Assembly: GCA_943359595.1 (NCBI GenBank)
Contig: CALRIA010000003.1
Location: 3,179 to 67,178, forward strand
Origin: Candidatus Magasanikiibacteriota bacterium
Lineage (GTDB): Bacteria > Patescibacteriota > Patescibacteriia > Magasanikbacterales > GWA2-37-8
Direction: 5' to 3'
DNA length: 64,000 bases
The position numbers were made by a program, and so were the translations under genes. The notes under the pieces are model-generated. The model did no database searches and was not told where the DNA came from. It saw only the letters and a list, made by a program, of their open reading frames with translations. Positions 38,130-49,565 of this stretch are shown one piece after another (position 1 is the first letter of the stretch; each line of letters opens with the position of its first letter).

Positions 38130-39343
38130 TAAAGTTTAGGAATAGCGCCGTATGCCCCTGCTATATATTTTGAATAGTAATTATCATCTGCTCGTACTCC
38201 CGTTACATCATCTAATCGCCAAGCCTCACTTTTACCCTCACTATTTTTTTCGATTAGAATAATTTGATATTTATCAAGGCTATTTAAAATACGATGACTA
38301 TGCGTACTAAATAGCAATTGTGCATTTTTAGGATTAGTATCAGGCTGAACAAACAAATCAAATAATGTTGAAACAATCTCTGGGTGTAAATTGACATCAA
38401 ATTCATCTAAGACAACTACACCGCCATTTGATAGGGCAACTAATATGGATTTTAATAATATAAATAATTGCTTTGTACCAGATGATTCATATTCCATTGG
38501 CAAAAATTCGGTACGACCACTAAAAGAGTGCACTACTTTTACATTTAGTGAAAATCCTTTTTCCTTCTTCTCTTTCTTGATATTAAAGGAATTTAAACCA
38601 AGGTCAAATTGAGATAACAATTTTTCCGCTTCTTTTTTAATTTTTTCATTATCAGATTCGCTGTAAAAATCTAACACTCCCAACAATTGTCGCATTGAGT
38701 CTGCTACGAGATGGTCGCCTAACCAACCAGCCTCCACAACATTTGTTTCGACTTTCTGCCAATAATCTAAAATCTCTTGACTTTCCTTATGATTAAATCG
38801 CACGGCTACACTCACAACACTAGCGTTTGGGCGAAGGGAGTTGCTAAATTCTTTCGGTAAATTAAAATTTTTATCATCCAATTCATACTTTTCACTTGCG
38901 CTATTCCACTGACGAGAAAACACTTTTTTGCTTGTCAATTTTTGATTACTTTTATTTTTTACCATTAATTCTTCGCTAATGATTCGTTTTTCAGTCAAAA
39001 TATAACTATATGTAAAAATATTGCCATTAATTTCAAAGTCGGCAGATAATTCTACTGGTTCTTTTTTATGATCACCAAACATAAACGGCTTGACAGGTAT
39101 TGTTGCCGAAGGACTTATGTTAAACGAGTCTACAATTAACCACTTTAAAAATGGTAACACCTTTAAAATATTGGTTTTACCAGAAGCATTTGGCCCTATC
39201 ACAGTTTCTATTTTAGAAAGGCGCGTACCTGAAGGAGCCAAAAAATAACCATAGTTACTTGGTGCTTTATCATTGACCACAAAATTAACTACGGTTGAAT
39301 CACCAAAAGAATAAAAATTCTTACACGAAAATGAGTGTATCAT
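38129..39343 (-). CDS. RloA-like AAA_21 ABC ATPase (AbiL/RloAB type)
   Basis: KNFYSF, IGPNASGKTN, ESSGTKQLF, VLDEFDVNLHP, QLLFSTHS, terminal Y..GAYGAIP. Confidence 0.88.
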   Translation of the reverse strand: MIHSFSCKNFYSFGDSTVVNFVVNDKAPSNYGYFLAPSGTRLSKIETVIGPNASGKTNILKVLPFLKWLIVDSFNISPSATIPVKPFMFGDHKKEPVELSADFEINGNIFTYSYILTEKRIISEELMVKNKSNQKLTSKKVFSRQWNSASEKYELDDKNFNLPKEFSNSLRPNASVVSVAVRFNHKESQEILDYWQKVETNVVEAGWLGDHLVADSMRQLLGVLDFYSESDNEKIKKEAEKLLSQFDLGLNSFNIKKEKKEKGFSLNVKVVHSFSGRTEFLPMEYESSGTKQLFILLKSILVALSNGGVVVLDEFDVNLHPEIVSTLFDLFVQPDTNPKNAQLLFSTHSHRILNSLDKYQIILIEKNSEGKSEAWRLDDVTGVRADDNYYSKYIAGAYGAIPKL

Positions 39344-39777
39344 ATAATTTTGGTTAATAATTTTTTACTATTTGATTATACATTTTGGCTATTAAAGTAG
39401 TGTTTTTTAATATTGTTTGGATTTGGTATTTCATACGTAATAATAAATTAATGATTATATACAATGGGTAAATAAAGCTTAATTTTAATACAAATATGAA
39501 CTGAAAAGAACAAAGTGTGCTTACTACTAATAACCCTATAAATAGCCAAAATGAACAATCTCATTTATTAGCTCCCTAATACTTAATAGTATACTAAAAT
39601 ATCAGTTGTATGTCAATATCCTACAATATTTTGTATGATATGTCATTATACGTGTATTTTTAGCCACCTTTTCTCCATTTATCCGTTAAAACAGAAATGT
39701 TATCCACAGCCATTTTAACTAAAAATACAGCTTGTTTTAGCTGTATTTTAAATGGTCTCTATCAGTAAAATAAAAAA

Positions 39778-40377
39778 CTATTTCTTTTTTCCGTAAATTA
39801 TGTAGATAAAACCTTTAAAATAAACTAAGAGCAAAACAAGACTCACTATAATAGTGGTGAGTACCGCATAACCGACCGCCTCCCAATAAAATATATAGTT
39901 TTTAATATATTTAACAACATGCGTACTTCCACAACTAAAGTATTTCTTATTTCCTAAACAATATGAATCTTTACTGTTTTGAATATGGGATTGAAGAATA
40001 CTATCTTTTGCAGTATTTTTTACAGCTGGATCCAGAGATTGCAAAACTGTAAAGACTTTGTCTATATTTGTGGTTATGTCATTATTGCAAACAGCATAAT
40101 TTTTGAGAGAAAAATCTGACAAGTAATCATACCCCCTTGTTGCGTCATTTTTACACGCTAAAGTGCCATTCTTTTCTAAAAATGACGGTACGGTATTTAC
40201 TAATTCAGGATGATTTTTAGTATAATCAGTTAACGTAATAGTAATATCTGTATTTTCAAAAGTGTTTTCTATCGAAGATGAGGCGACGAAATACGATATT
40301 CCTAAAGTGGCAATAATTACAACTACAAACAGCACTTTAAAAAAGCGATGCCACCATTTGCTATTAAGATTTTCCAT
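39778..40377 (-). CDS. Hypothetical membrane protein (two TMs flanking a Cys-containing extracellular loop)
   Basis: KWWHRFFKV..TM at the N-terminus; TM followed by YIIYGKKK at the C-terminus. Confidence 0.65.
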   Translation of the reverse strand: MENLNSKWWHRFFKVLFVVVIIATLGISYFVASSSIENTFENTDITITLTDYTKNHPELVNTVPSFLEKNGTLACKNDATRGYDYLSDFSLKNYAVCNNDITTNIDKVFTVLQSLDPAVKNTAKDSILQSHIQNSKDSYCLGNKKYFSCGSTHVVKYIKNYIFYWEAVGYAVLTTIIVSLVLLLVYFKGFIYIIYGKKK

Positions 40378-40398
40378 ACATTATTTAAAATAAAATTA

Positions 40399-40800
40399 CT
40401 AATTTGCCATTTGTTTTTCTAATTCTTGTTCCTGTTGAGGCGTTAATGGTTGCACGGTAATTGGATTAGGGTCAGATTCGAACTTAGAGTAATAATTGTT
40501 ATCCCAATCATCTACACACAACACGCTCGCATGTTCAAAAATTCCAGGTATTTTAATTGAATGTTTTTCGGATTTAGTATTTGCTTCAGTAGTATACATA
40601 TATGGAACTGCTGCACTACCAGCGGAATATCTCCAAACACAGATAGAACCATTTCCTGTTGGGACATCAACAAAATAAGTTTCCAGCTGACTAGAGACTA
40701 CAATGTTTTTAATCATCGGATTGTTGCTTTGTGCATTATTACTATTACAGCCAGCCCCTAATAAAACAACTCCGACTAATAACAAAAATATCTTTTTCAT
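40399..40800 (-). CDS. Hypothetical lipoprotein
   Basis: MKKIFLLLVGVVLLGAGC lipobox. Confidence 0.7.
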   Translation of the reverse strand: MKKIFLLLVGVVLLGAGCNSNNAQSNNPMIKNIVVSSQLETYFVDVPTGNGSICVWRYSAGSAAVPYMYTTEANTKSEKHSIKIPGIFEHASVLCVDDWDNNYYSKFESDPNPITVQPLTPQQEQELEKQMAN

Positions 40801-40829
40801 AATTTAAAATATTTGATAAGTTAATAATA

Positions 40830-40965
40830 AACCTTTTTGTTTGTTTTTACAAACACAAAAGGCTACGTGTCTTCTGGTGATCCCTTTCGGAATCCAACAA
40901 CCTTTCGATTGTTGACTAAACGAATAATACCAGAGACGGCGTAGCCATCTCTATATTCGTTTAGT
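40830..40965 (-). ncRNA. Structured leader RNA (multi-stem, two GAAA tetraloops, 12-bp pseudoknot/alternative pairing)
   Basis: Stems GGCTACG/CGTAGCC, GTCT/AGAC, CTGGT/ACCAG, CAACAATC-GAAA-GGTTGTTG and GATTCC-GAAA-GGGATC. G.U pairs favour the minus strand. Confidence 0.65.
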
Positions 40966-41075
40966 TTTTCGACCGTGCCCTGTGCATAACACAAAGTTTA
41001 GGTCTTTAAATTGTTGTGTGTATATTACCAAATAGTTGCCAAAAAATCAATAACACCAAGTAATAACCACCATTT

Positions 41076-41104
41076 TTGACACCCCAAAATATTAGTGATA
41101 TAAT
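41076..41104 (+). promoter_or_regulatory. Consensus sigma70 promoter upstream of rep
   Basis: TTGACA (41076-41081), 17-bp spacer, TGn-TATAAT (41099-41104). Confidence 0.85.
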
Positions 41105-41240
41105 ACTTATGTTCCGATGAGAAACTATTATATAACGCTCGGAACATATTACTGTATTTGTGCTCGGGAAGGATTGCACCCCCTACTAAGGGAGGTGTTT
41201 TGTTTTATATCTACTTTCTACCTTTGGGTACAGTGCAGAT

Positions 41241-41275
41241 CAGTTTTTCGGGCGGTTGCCCCGCCCGAAAAACTG
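41241..41275. repeat. Perfect 15-bp GC-rich inverted repeat upstream of rep (candidate rolling-circle origin)
   Basis: CAGTTTTTCGGGCGG-TTGCC-CCGCCCGAAAAACTG. Confidence 0.6.
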
Positions 41276-41433
41276 GCTGCCTGCCAAGGAGAAAGAGAAA
41301 ACAAAGATTCCCGTTGTCGGTGTATCAGGCCTGTGCACTGGCATAAATCTGTTTAGCCTCATTAACTAGATTATAAGCACACATTTAACCGCAGAATGAG
41401 GCTACTATTGTAATCCGCTCTTTTAACAACATC

Positions 41434-42303
41434 ATGCCTATGATTGAACTGTATGACTTTAAACTAATAAAGTCTGGTAAAGAAATCGAGGTGTATGTGT
41501 ATAAAACAAAGAAAATATTAAAGGGCTACACCCGAAAGAAAAACCACACCGAAGAACAAAAGATACTGATAAAAGAAAAACAAGCCCAAGCCAAACAAAA
41601 AGAAGTTGAATATATGGAACTGATGGAAGAATGGGGTTGCGAGCAAGAAGTCGCTGACTTGCACCAAACCCAAAACCAAAAAACCACCTTTTCCATATCT
41701 CGTACTAGAACCAACATTCGCCGTCTCACCAATGCTAACCCACATCTGCGTAAATTCCTCACGCTAACCTTTGCAGAAAGCACGACAGAGCTCTTAGAGG
41801 CCAACCACCTGTTCAACACCGCTATGAAACGAATACTGCGAGCCAAACCAGCCTTTGAATATATCGCCGTCGTTGAATTTCAGAAAGACATTGACTATTA
41901 CGGCAACAAAAAAGAAAAAGGCGGATCTGTTCATTACCACCTATTGTGCAACATTGTCTTGCCCGACAATGCTGATACATTTGCGTGGGAAAGACGGTTT
42001 GCGATGAAGTATTGGAAAAATGGGTTTGTGAAAATACGAGAGGTAAATACTGTAACCAATATGGGTGCGTATTTCTGTAAATATCTTGGAAAAGATATGT
42101 TTGATAAAAGAATGTTTGGCAAAAAGAAATTCTTTTGTTCTCGACAATTAAATAAGCCAGTTGAGATGACTGGCGGTAAAGCAATTAGTTTTTTCAATAA
42201 ATTTGTTAAGCCGACCCTTAAACCGATCTTTGAAAAAACTTTCACCAGTGAATATACTGGCAAGGTGGAGTATTCCGCCTACACTCTTAAAGAAGATTCC
42301 TAA
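41434..42303 (+). CDS. HUH-superfamily rolling-circle replication initiator
   Basis: Motif I FLTLTF, motif II VVEFQ...GSVHYHLL, motif III YFCKYLGK. Confidence 0.88.
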   Translation: MPMIELYDFKLIKSGKEIEVYVYKTKKILKGYTRKKNHTEEQKILIKEKQAQAKQKEVEYMELMEEWGCEQEVADLHQTQNQKTTFSISRTRTNIRRLTNANPHLRKFLTLTFAESTTELLEANHLFNTAMKRILRAKPAFEYIAVVEFQKDIDYYGNKKEKGGSVHYHLLCNIVLPDNADTFAWERRFAMKYWKNGFVKIREVNTVTNMGAYFCKYLGKDMFDKRMFGKKKFFCSRQLNKPVEMTGGKAISFFNKFVKPTLKPIFEKTFTSEYTGKVEYSAYTLKEDS

Positions 42304-42348
42304 TTAAGTTTAAACATATTTTTATGGCTTTCATCAACACAAAACGGT

Positions 42349-42531
42349 ATGCAATTAACGGACAATTTTGTCCTGAAATTCCAGACGATCTACGAGGCGG
42401 AATTTCATGAGAAATTGAGCTACGAAAAAGCGTATGCAGAATGTATGGACATGTTCGTCCTTGGAAAAATACTATTTAGACCTGTGAGTAAGCAGGATAT
42501 ACACGCTCTTGAATTGAGCAAAGAAAATTGA
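42349..42531 (+). CDS. Small helical protein between rep and the recombinase (possible directionality factor)
   Basis: 60-aa ORF, FQTIYEAEF..KLSYEKA pattern; the function is inferred from position only. Confidence 0.55.
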   Translation: MQLTDNFVLKFQTIYEAEFHEKLSYEKAYAECMDMFVLGKILFRPVSKQDIHALELSKEN

Positions 42532-42542
42532 TACTATATGTG

Positions 42543-42673
42543 GGCTTACCCGATACAATACAATAAACGCTATTAAAGACTTTTTTATTTTCATACCAGA
42601 GATGGGCAGTCCTGTCCGATGAAATAGTCTTTTTTAGCTATTTGTGTCGGGTAAGCCAGGGCTGTCCTTTTTT
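42543..42673 (+). ncRNA. Structured 5' leader of the recombinase gene (long hairpin, loop-downstream pairing, U tract)
   Basis: 16-bp stem GGCTTACCCGATACAA/TTGTGTCGGGTAAGCC. GGGCAGTCCTG (42604-42614) is complementary to CAGGGCTGTCC (42657-42667). Promoter TTGAAT-17-TACTAT lies at 42509-42537. Confidence 0.65.
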
Positions 42674-42692
42674 GTTTTTAATCATTTTCATT

Positions 42693-44384
<1,692 letters not shown>

Positions 44385-44390
44385 GAAAAA

Positions 44391-46925
44391 TCAACCCCGC
44401 CTAATAATACCACTAGCCAAACTAACCACTTTTTTAACACCAGTAATTAACAAAGCACCGCGTGCTCTAGCCAAAAATCCCAGTAAAAGCGCTGTTAAAC
44501 CACCGGCTGTAGTTGTCACATATTTTTTAGTAATATCACGCTGCTTATTCTGATCCATTAATAAACGATCGGCATCGACTTCTCCAACATGACTAACTAC
44601 AACTAATTCAGACGATGATCTAGGCAAAATCTGCCAACCATCTTTTCCTTGATTTAAAATTCCTATCAGCTCTATTTTATCACCCTCTTTTAATGCCTGT
44701 TTATTAATTTTTGCTCCTTTAGTAAAATAAACCGAGACTTCCTTAGCACTATCATCCACATACATCAGATTACTTTTAATTTCAGTTATATCTCCAGATA
44801 TCTTAACTAGCGAACCTAATAATTCTTCACTAACGTCCTCTTTTTCTAAATCTATTGGTTCTATTTTTTTATTTGTCGCTAAAACATCTACTGCATATCT
44901 ATTTTTTATTTTTATTCTTTTAACCCCATTAATTTCCGATTTTTCTCCACCAACAGATATATAATCACCAATTTTTAAATCTGGAAAATCTTTTTTATAC
45001 TGATAAATTTGGAAACCAGTCTGGCCATCACTAATATAAAAAAACTGCTGACTAAAAGTTTTTGGTTCTACTGTCACTATTCCATGCACAGAAATCCAAT
45101 TTGAAAATACTTTAGTAGAAGCAATTTTTAGATCTTTATTTTTATTTTTTTCTCCCAATAATATTATTTTATTCATCTCCTGACCGTTTGGAGACATTAA
45201 TTTTATTTCATCACCATTTTTATCAAAACTAAGATGATGAATAGATCTAAAAAATTTTAAAGTTCCTGACGCCATAATAATAGTATCATCTGGTAATTCA
45301 TATTCCTTGCCACTTTTATTTTTTATTTTCCACCCAGAAATATCGTGCGGTTTATTTAAATAATTTTGTAATTCAATATATTCTAACTGATCTTCTATAC
45401 TGGTAACTAGCCAACTACTAATTTTTACATCGGCACTGACCACTGAAAAACTAGGGCCGACATAAACTCTAAATTCTTTTTTATTTATTGTCCCAGCGCT
45501 ACTGGAAGCCACCACAGAAACTAAATAAACTCCAGAGCTAGTAAAACTGTGTTCTAAAATATGCCCCGTACCACTAGAATTATCACCAAAATTCCAAATA
45601 AAATTTATCTTTCCACCACGTGGATCAGCGCTTCCTTCTACACTAAAAATTCCAATTTCACCGACATCTACTCCATATGGCCAATGAAGTTTCCAACTAA
45701 TATTTACCGAATCTTTTATCACGGTAACAGAAGATTTTGTAGTAGTAGAAATCTTATTTGATTTAACCATTAATGTTGTAGAGACAACGGTGCTAGTAGC
45801 AGCATGGGTTACTATATTGTTTCCTCCACCATTATCATTGTTTAAATTATTGACAACTGGAATTACCAGCTCATTGGTCGAACCGATTGTTAATTTATTA
45901 GTAAGCGCCCAGTCACTGTCTAAATCAGTATCAAAACCATCAATTTTCCTAATTAGAGCTTGACCTTTTGCTAAAGAAACTAAATTTGTTGTCCCATAAC
46001 TTACCTGATCCACTATATTATTATTTTTATCTTTTAAAATTACCGTATCTCCATTATTATTTAAATATCTATCGGTCAATAAATCTGCTACAAACCAATC
46101 ATGCCCAGCCACTAATCCCCCAAGCAATTTACATCCGCTACCCGAAGAATCACAGATCAATCCATCTGCTAAATTTAGCGTACTAGAACTAGTATTAAAT
46201 AGCTCCACCAATTCATTTCCACTAAACGGATCGGATATAATTTCATTTAATTTAATGGATTGCCAATCAAAAATATTATTCTCTGTACTGCTAGACGATA
46301 AAATTTCTAATGGTTGATTATTATTTGAAGAAGTAGCGACATCCAAAATGTTAACCGGAACTGTAGAGGTACTAGAGGAAAACAGACTATCAATTACAAA
46401 ATAGTTACTATTCTGCAGGCCAACGGTATTACCAATATTATTTTCTTGCCAATTACTAAAATAATAATCATTTAAAAATGGATTTTTTCTTTCCAATGAA
46501 TATTTGGTAGTAGACACATAATTAAAACGTTCTACAAAATTTCCAACTTCATCTTTTAAACCGATCTCTTCGCCACTTTCATTTAAATTTGTCCATGCTG
46601 AATCAAAAACAGAACCGATAAAATTTGGAAAATCCTTTAAAAACACTTCGGCATTCTGACAGATAACTGCAAATTCTCCAATCGATATTATACTATCACT
46701 AGAGGTTGTCGTAAAAAGATTATGGTTAGTATTGTTTTCCCAAAATTTCCAATCTTTAATATCTACTGGATCTGTGCCCTTGTTCCAAATTTCTATCCAT
46801 TCATGAGTACTTGTCGGATAAGCACCAACTTCGTTAATAATAATATCACTGCTAATAGCCAAAGAATTTTGTCCAATAAAAAAACTGCCAAACAAAAAGA
46901 CAGCTAACAAAATATAATATTTCAT
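44391..46925 (-). CDS. Secreted protein with lamin-tail domains, PKD and OB-fold domains
   Basis: Repeated IINE....EWIEI.N......DI.DW LTD motifs; WNFGD PKD motif; [16 protein letters not shown] folds; C-terminal TM. Confidence 0.8.
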   Translation of the reverse strand: MKYYILLAVFLFGSFFIGQNSLAISSDIIINEVGAYPTSTHEWIEIWNKGTDPVDIKDWKFWENNTNHNLFTTTSSDSIISIGEFAVICQNAEVFLKDFPNFIGSVFDSAWTNLNESGEEIGLKDEVGNFVERFNYVSTTKYSLERKNPFLNDYYFSNWQENNIGNTVGLQNSNYFVIDSLFSSSTSTVPVNILDVATSSNNNQPLEILSSSSTENNIFDWQSIKLNEIISDPFSGNELVELFNTSSSTLNLADGLICDSSGSGCKLLGGLVAGHDWFVADLLTDRYLNNNGDTVILKDKNNNIVDQVSYGTTNLVSLAKGQALIRKIDGFDTDLDSDWALTNKLTIGSTNELVIPVVNNLNNDNGGGNNIVTHAATSTVVSTTLMVKSNKISTTTKSSVTVIKDSVNISWKLHWPYGVDVGEIGIFSVEGSADPRGGKINFIWNFGDNSSGTGHILEHSFTSSGVYLVSVVASSSAGTINKKEFRVYVGPSFSVVSADVKISSWLVTSIEDQLEYIELQNYLNKPHDISGWKIKNKSGKEYELPDDTIIMASGTLKFFRSIHHLSFDKNGDEIKLMSPNGQEMNKIILLGEKNKNKDLKIASTKVFSNWISVHGIVTVEPKTFSQQFFYISDGQTGFQIYQYKKDFPDLKIGDYISVGGEKSEINGVKRIKIKNRYAVDVLATNKKIEPIDLEKEDVSEELLGSLVKISGDITEIKSNLMYVDDSAKEVSVYFTKGAKINKQALKEGDKIELIGILNQGKDGWQILPRSSSELVVVSHVGEVDADRLLMDQNKQRDITKKYVTTTAGGLTALLLGFLARARGALLITGVKKVVSLASGIIRRG

Positions 46926-47014
46926 ATCCCCCCAATTAAAATATTAATTAATGTTTTTATTATACCAAAATTTTTGATAATTATAAAATTTTTATAATTA
47001 AAAAATAAAACCTC

Positions 47015-47464
47015 TTATTTAAGAGGTTTTATAATTATTTTTTTCAAAAGATCAAACGGTTTTTCTTTTTGAAAATTACCTTCATAACTACCTTTTAATT
47101 TTTTTTGTATTATGGCTGGTAAAGTTTTTTTAAGATCTTTAAGCAATTCTTTTGGAGCAAATAGGTAAACACTGTTTACTTTTTGTTCAACCAAAAATTG
47201 TTTAACATCATTTTTAAATTCTCTAATAAAGTTGTCTCGTTCTAATTTACGTAATTTCTCAAATTTTGCTCCAGACTCAAAAACCATTGTACCACGTTTA
47301 ATCAGATCTTCACGATCAGAATATTTAGTTTTTTCCAGCTTAAAATGAAAAACATTATTTATTTCAGCATTTCCTGCTAGATAAAAATCTGCTTCTTGAG
47401 TACTGGTGACTAGCAATAAAGCCATTTCGTCCATAAATTGAGGTAACTTAGAAGAGATAAACAT
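47015..47464 (-). CDS. Host-attachment/baeRF-like hypothetical protein
   Basis: LLLVT..QEA.FY, YSDRE, YLFAP pattern. Confidence 0.5.
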   Translation of the reverse strand: MFISSKLPQFMDEMALLLVTSTQEADFYLAGNAEINNVFHFKLEKTKYSDREDLIKRGTMVFESGAKFEKLRKLERDNFIREFKNDVKQFLVEQKVNSVYLFAPKELLKDLKKTLPAIIQKKLKGSYEGNFQKEKPFDLLKKIIIKPLK

Positions 47465-47492
47465 ATAGAATAATTAAATATAATTAATAAGG

Positions 47493-48452
47493 TTATTTAA
47501 TAGATTGTGCACTGGAATTGAGAATTTGTGGTTTATACAATTCAGGATCAATTTTTCGATTAAAACAAGTATGTTCAGCTTTATGGTTCCAATTCTGATT
47601 GAAAGAATCATATGGCATAGCATATTTAGCTGGACTGTAAATTGAGTTACTATCACTAATTGCCTCAAAGTCAGCACACAGTTCAAAAGCATATTGATCA
47701 ATTATGCGATATTCGTACATTTTATTAGTTTTTGGATCAGTTGGTACCACAAAGCCAGAGATACTATCGTTAAGCAGTGAAATTTCACCTGGGAGCAAGC
47801 CTTTTTGCGTCCAATAATTTAACGTTTGATTCTGTAACATCTGTAGGTTTTGCACGCGTTGTTCATCGAAACGACGATTGCGCTGTGTAAAAGGTGTACC
47901 AATGATGAAAAATCCTGCAATTACACTGCCTAATACTATTATCGATAAAAATACTGCCAAAATTTTAGGAATATTTGATACTAGTTCTTTACGTTTTAAA
48001 TCCCACATATAATATCCAAATACTGCTCCAGCTATTAATAATACTACCAAAATCTTTAGGAAGAAACGAACGGTAAGTTCTCCACTTAAAAAGTTATATA
48101 CAAAGGTAATTAAATCGATAATTATAGTAATTGCCGAGATAAAAAGTGTGAAATACACCAACCATTTTCTTAATCTCAATTCACGCTTTTGTGGTTCAGC
48201 CAATAAATCTTTCGCCAATAGCCACTCGGTAAACAGATAAGCTGGAACAGAAATCAATAAAATTGCCGATGCTATGCGCACCGCATCGGCAATACCGGTA
48301 AAATAATAATTAAGTGTATCTGGAAAAAGTACGTTAATATATTGAATATAAAGAGTAATAAAACCAATTGTAACCAGATAAAATGTCAGTATGTTAAATA
48401 ATTGCAAAAAAACATCTTTTGGCGTGCTTTTAAGAATCGTAGCATTTTCCAT
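47493..48452 (-). CDS. DUF5671-like membrane protein with a pilin-like C-terminal globular region
   Basis: TPKDVFL, LRKWLVYFTLFI, GELTVRF; RRFDEQRV.NL, PTDP.T, YEY...FELCADF. Confidence 0.65.
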   Translation of the reverse strand: MENATILKSTPKDVFLQLFNILTFYLVTIGFITLYIQYINVLFPDTLNYYFTGIADAVRIASAILLISVPAYLFTEWLLAKDLLAEPQKRELRLRKWLVYFTLFISAITIIIDLITFVYNFLSGELTVRFFLKILVVLLIAGAVFGYYMWDLKRKELVSNIPKILAVFLSIIVLGSVIAGFFIIGTPFTQRNRRFDEQRVQNLQMLQNQTLNYWTQKGLLPGEISLLNDSISGFVVPTDPKTNKMYEYRIIDQYAFELCADFEAISDSNSIYSPAKYAMPYDSFNQNWNHKAEHTCFNRKIDPELYKPQILNSSAQSIK

Positions 48453-48508
48453 AGTAAAAAATTAATAATATTATAACTTAATTATATCACAAAAAAATAA
48501 ACAAAAAA

Positions 48509-49489
48509 CTATCTAATTCCTATCAATTTTCGCACTGTCCCCATGTTTGTATTAGCCACTTTTTGAGCTTTTTTAGCTCCATTAGCCAAAATATCATCTA
48601 ATTTTTTAGTATTTTTCAAAAGATTGGCCCGTTTTTCTCTAAAACTAGTAAAATAATCGCTCACCGTTTTACTTAGAGTAGCTTTTAAATCACCATATCT
48701 AATAGTGCCGTCTTTTTCTGCCAATAAAAACTCTTTATAAGTTTTTTCATCACCAAACTCTTTAAGTAAACCCAACAAGTTTTCTACCCCTGGAGCCTTT
48801 TTACCACCAATAGTGGCAGTTACCGCTCGCTTTAATTTTTCAATTATCTCATCTGGCTCTTCACGAAGTTCAATCACATGACCAGCACCCAAACTTTTGC
48901 TCATTTTTTTCTCTGGTTCAAGTAAACTCATTACTTTAGGAACTTTAGTAAGCAAATGTTTAGCTTCTGGGAAGAATTCTCCATATTTATTATTAAACCA
49001 ACGAGCAATATCGCGAGTTAACTCCACATGCTGAACTTGATCTTGTCCAACTGGCACTAATGAGCCTTTATATATCAAAATGTCAGCCGCTTGCAAGATA
49101 GGATAAGTAAATAGCCCAGCAGTAGCTGAAATTTGTTGGGCAGTCTTATCTTTATACTGAGTCATACGATCTAGCTCACCCATTGGAGAAACACAATTAA
49201 AAATCCAGGCAAGTTCTGTATGTTCAAATACATGTGATTGTACAAAAAAAGTAGTTTTATCTGGATCAATACCTGCAGCCAGTAGCTCAGCCGCTGTTAT
49301 CTTTACCTGCTCGCGTAATTGCTCGGCCGGAATTTTTCCAGTCAAAGAATGCAAATCAGCGATAAAAATATATAATTGATATTTACCAGAATTTTGCAAT
49401 TCCAACCAATTTTTTACTGCTCCCAAATAATTGCCAATATGCAAGTTACCGGTCGGTTGAACTCCTGATACAATTACGGGTTTAGACAT
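48509..49489 (-). CDS. trpS: Tryptophan--tRNA ligase
   Basis: SGVQPTGNLHIGNY, YPILQAADIL, VPVGQDQ.QH, KKMSKS. Confidence 0.97.
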   Translation of the reverse strand: MSKPVIVSGVQPTGNLHIGNYLGAVKNWLELQNSGKYQLYIFIADLHSLTGKIPAEQLREQVKITAAELLAAGIDPDKTTFFVQSHVFEHTELAWIFNCVSPMGELDRMTQYKDKTAQQISATAGLFTYPILQAADILIYKGSLVPVGQDQVQHVELTRDIARWFNNKYGEFFPEAKHLLTKVPKVMSLLEPEKKMSKSLGAGHVIELREEPDEIIEKLKRAVTATIGGKKAPGVENLLGLLKEFGDEKTYKEFLLAEKDGTIRYGDLKATLSKTVSDYFTSFREKRANLLKNTKKLDDILANGAKKAQKVANTNMGTVRKLIGIR

Positions 49490-49565
49490 AAAAAAAACAA
49501 ATAATATTATAATGTTATTTTAACCTAATTTATCTTGGCTGTAAATGCCTAAGGGCCTTAAAAAA

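Noticed and set aside
39382-39708. 12-bp inverted repeat ATTTTGGCTATT/AATAGCCAAAAT and a lone TTATCCACA upstream of rloA
   Set aside because: AT-rich and isolated; may be chance matches, with no supporting context.
41117-41356. Short Cys-rich ORFs upstream of rep
   Set aside because: They coincide with hairpins and a terminator-like element, so the region is better explained as structured non-coding DNA or RNA.
42642-42692. N-terminal extension MCRVSQGCPFLFLIIFI of the recombinase ORF
   Set aside because: It overlaps the leader hairpin and T tract; the catalytic domain starts right after ATG 42693.
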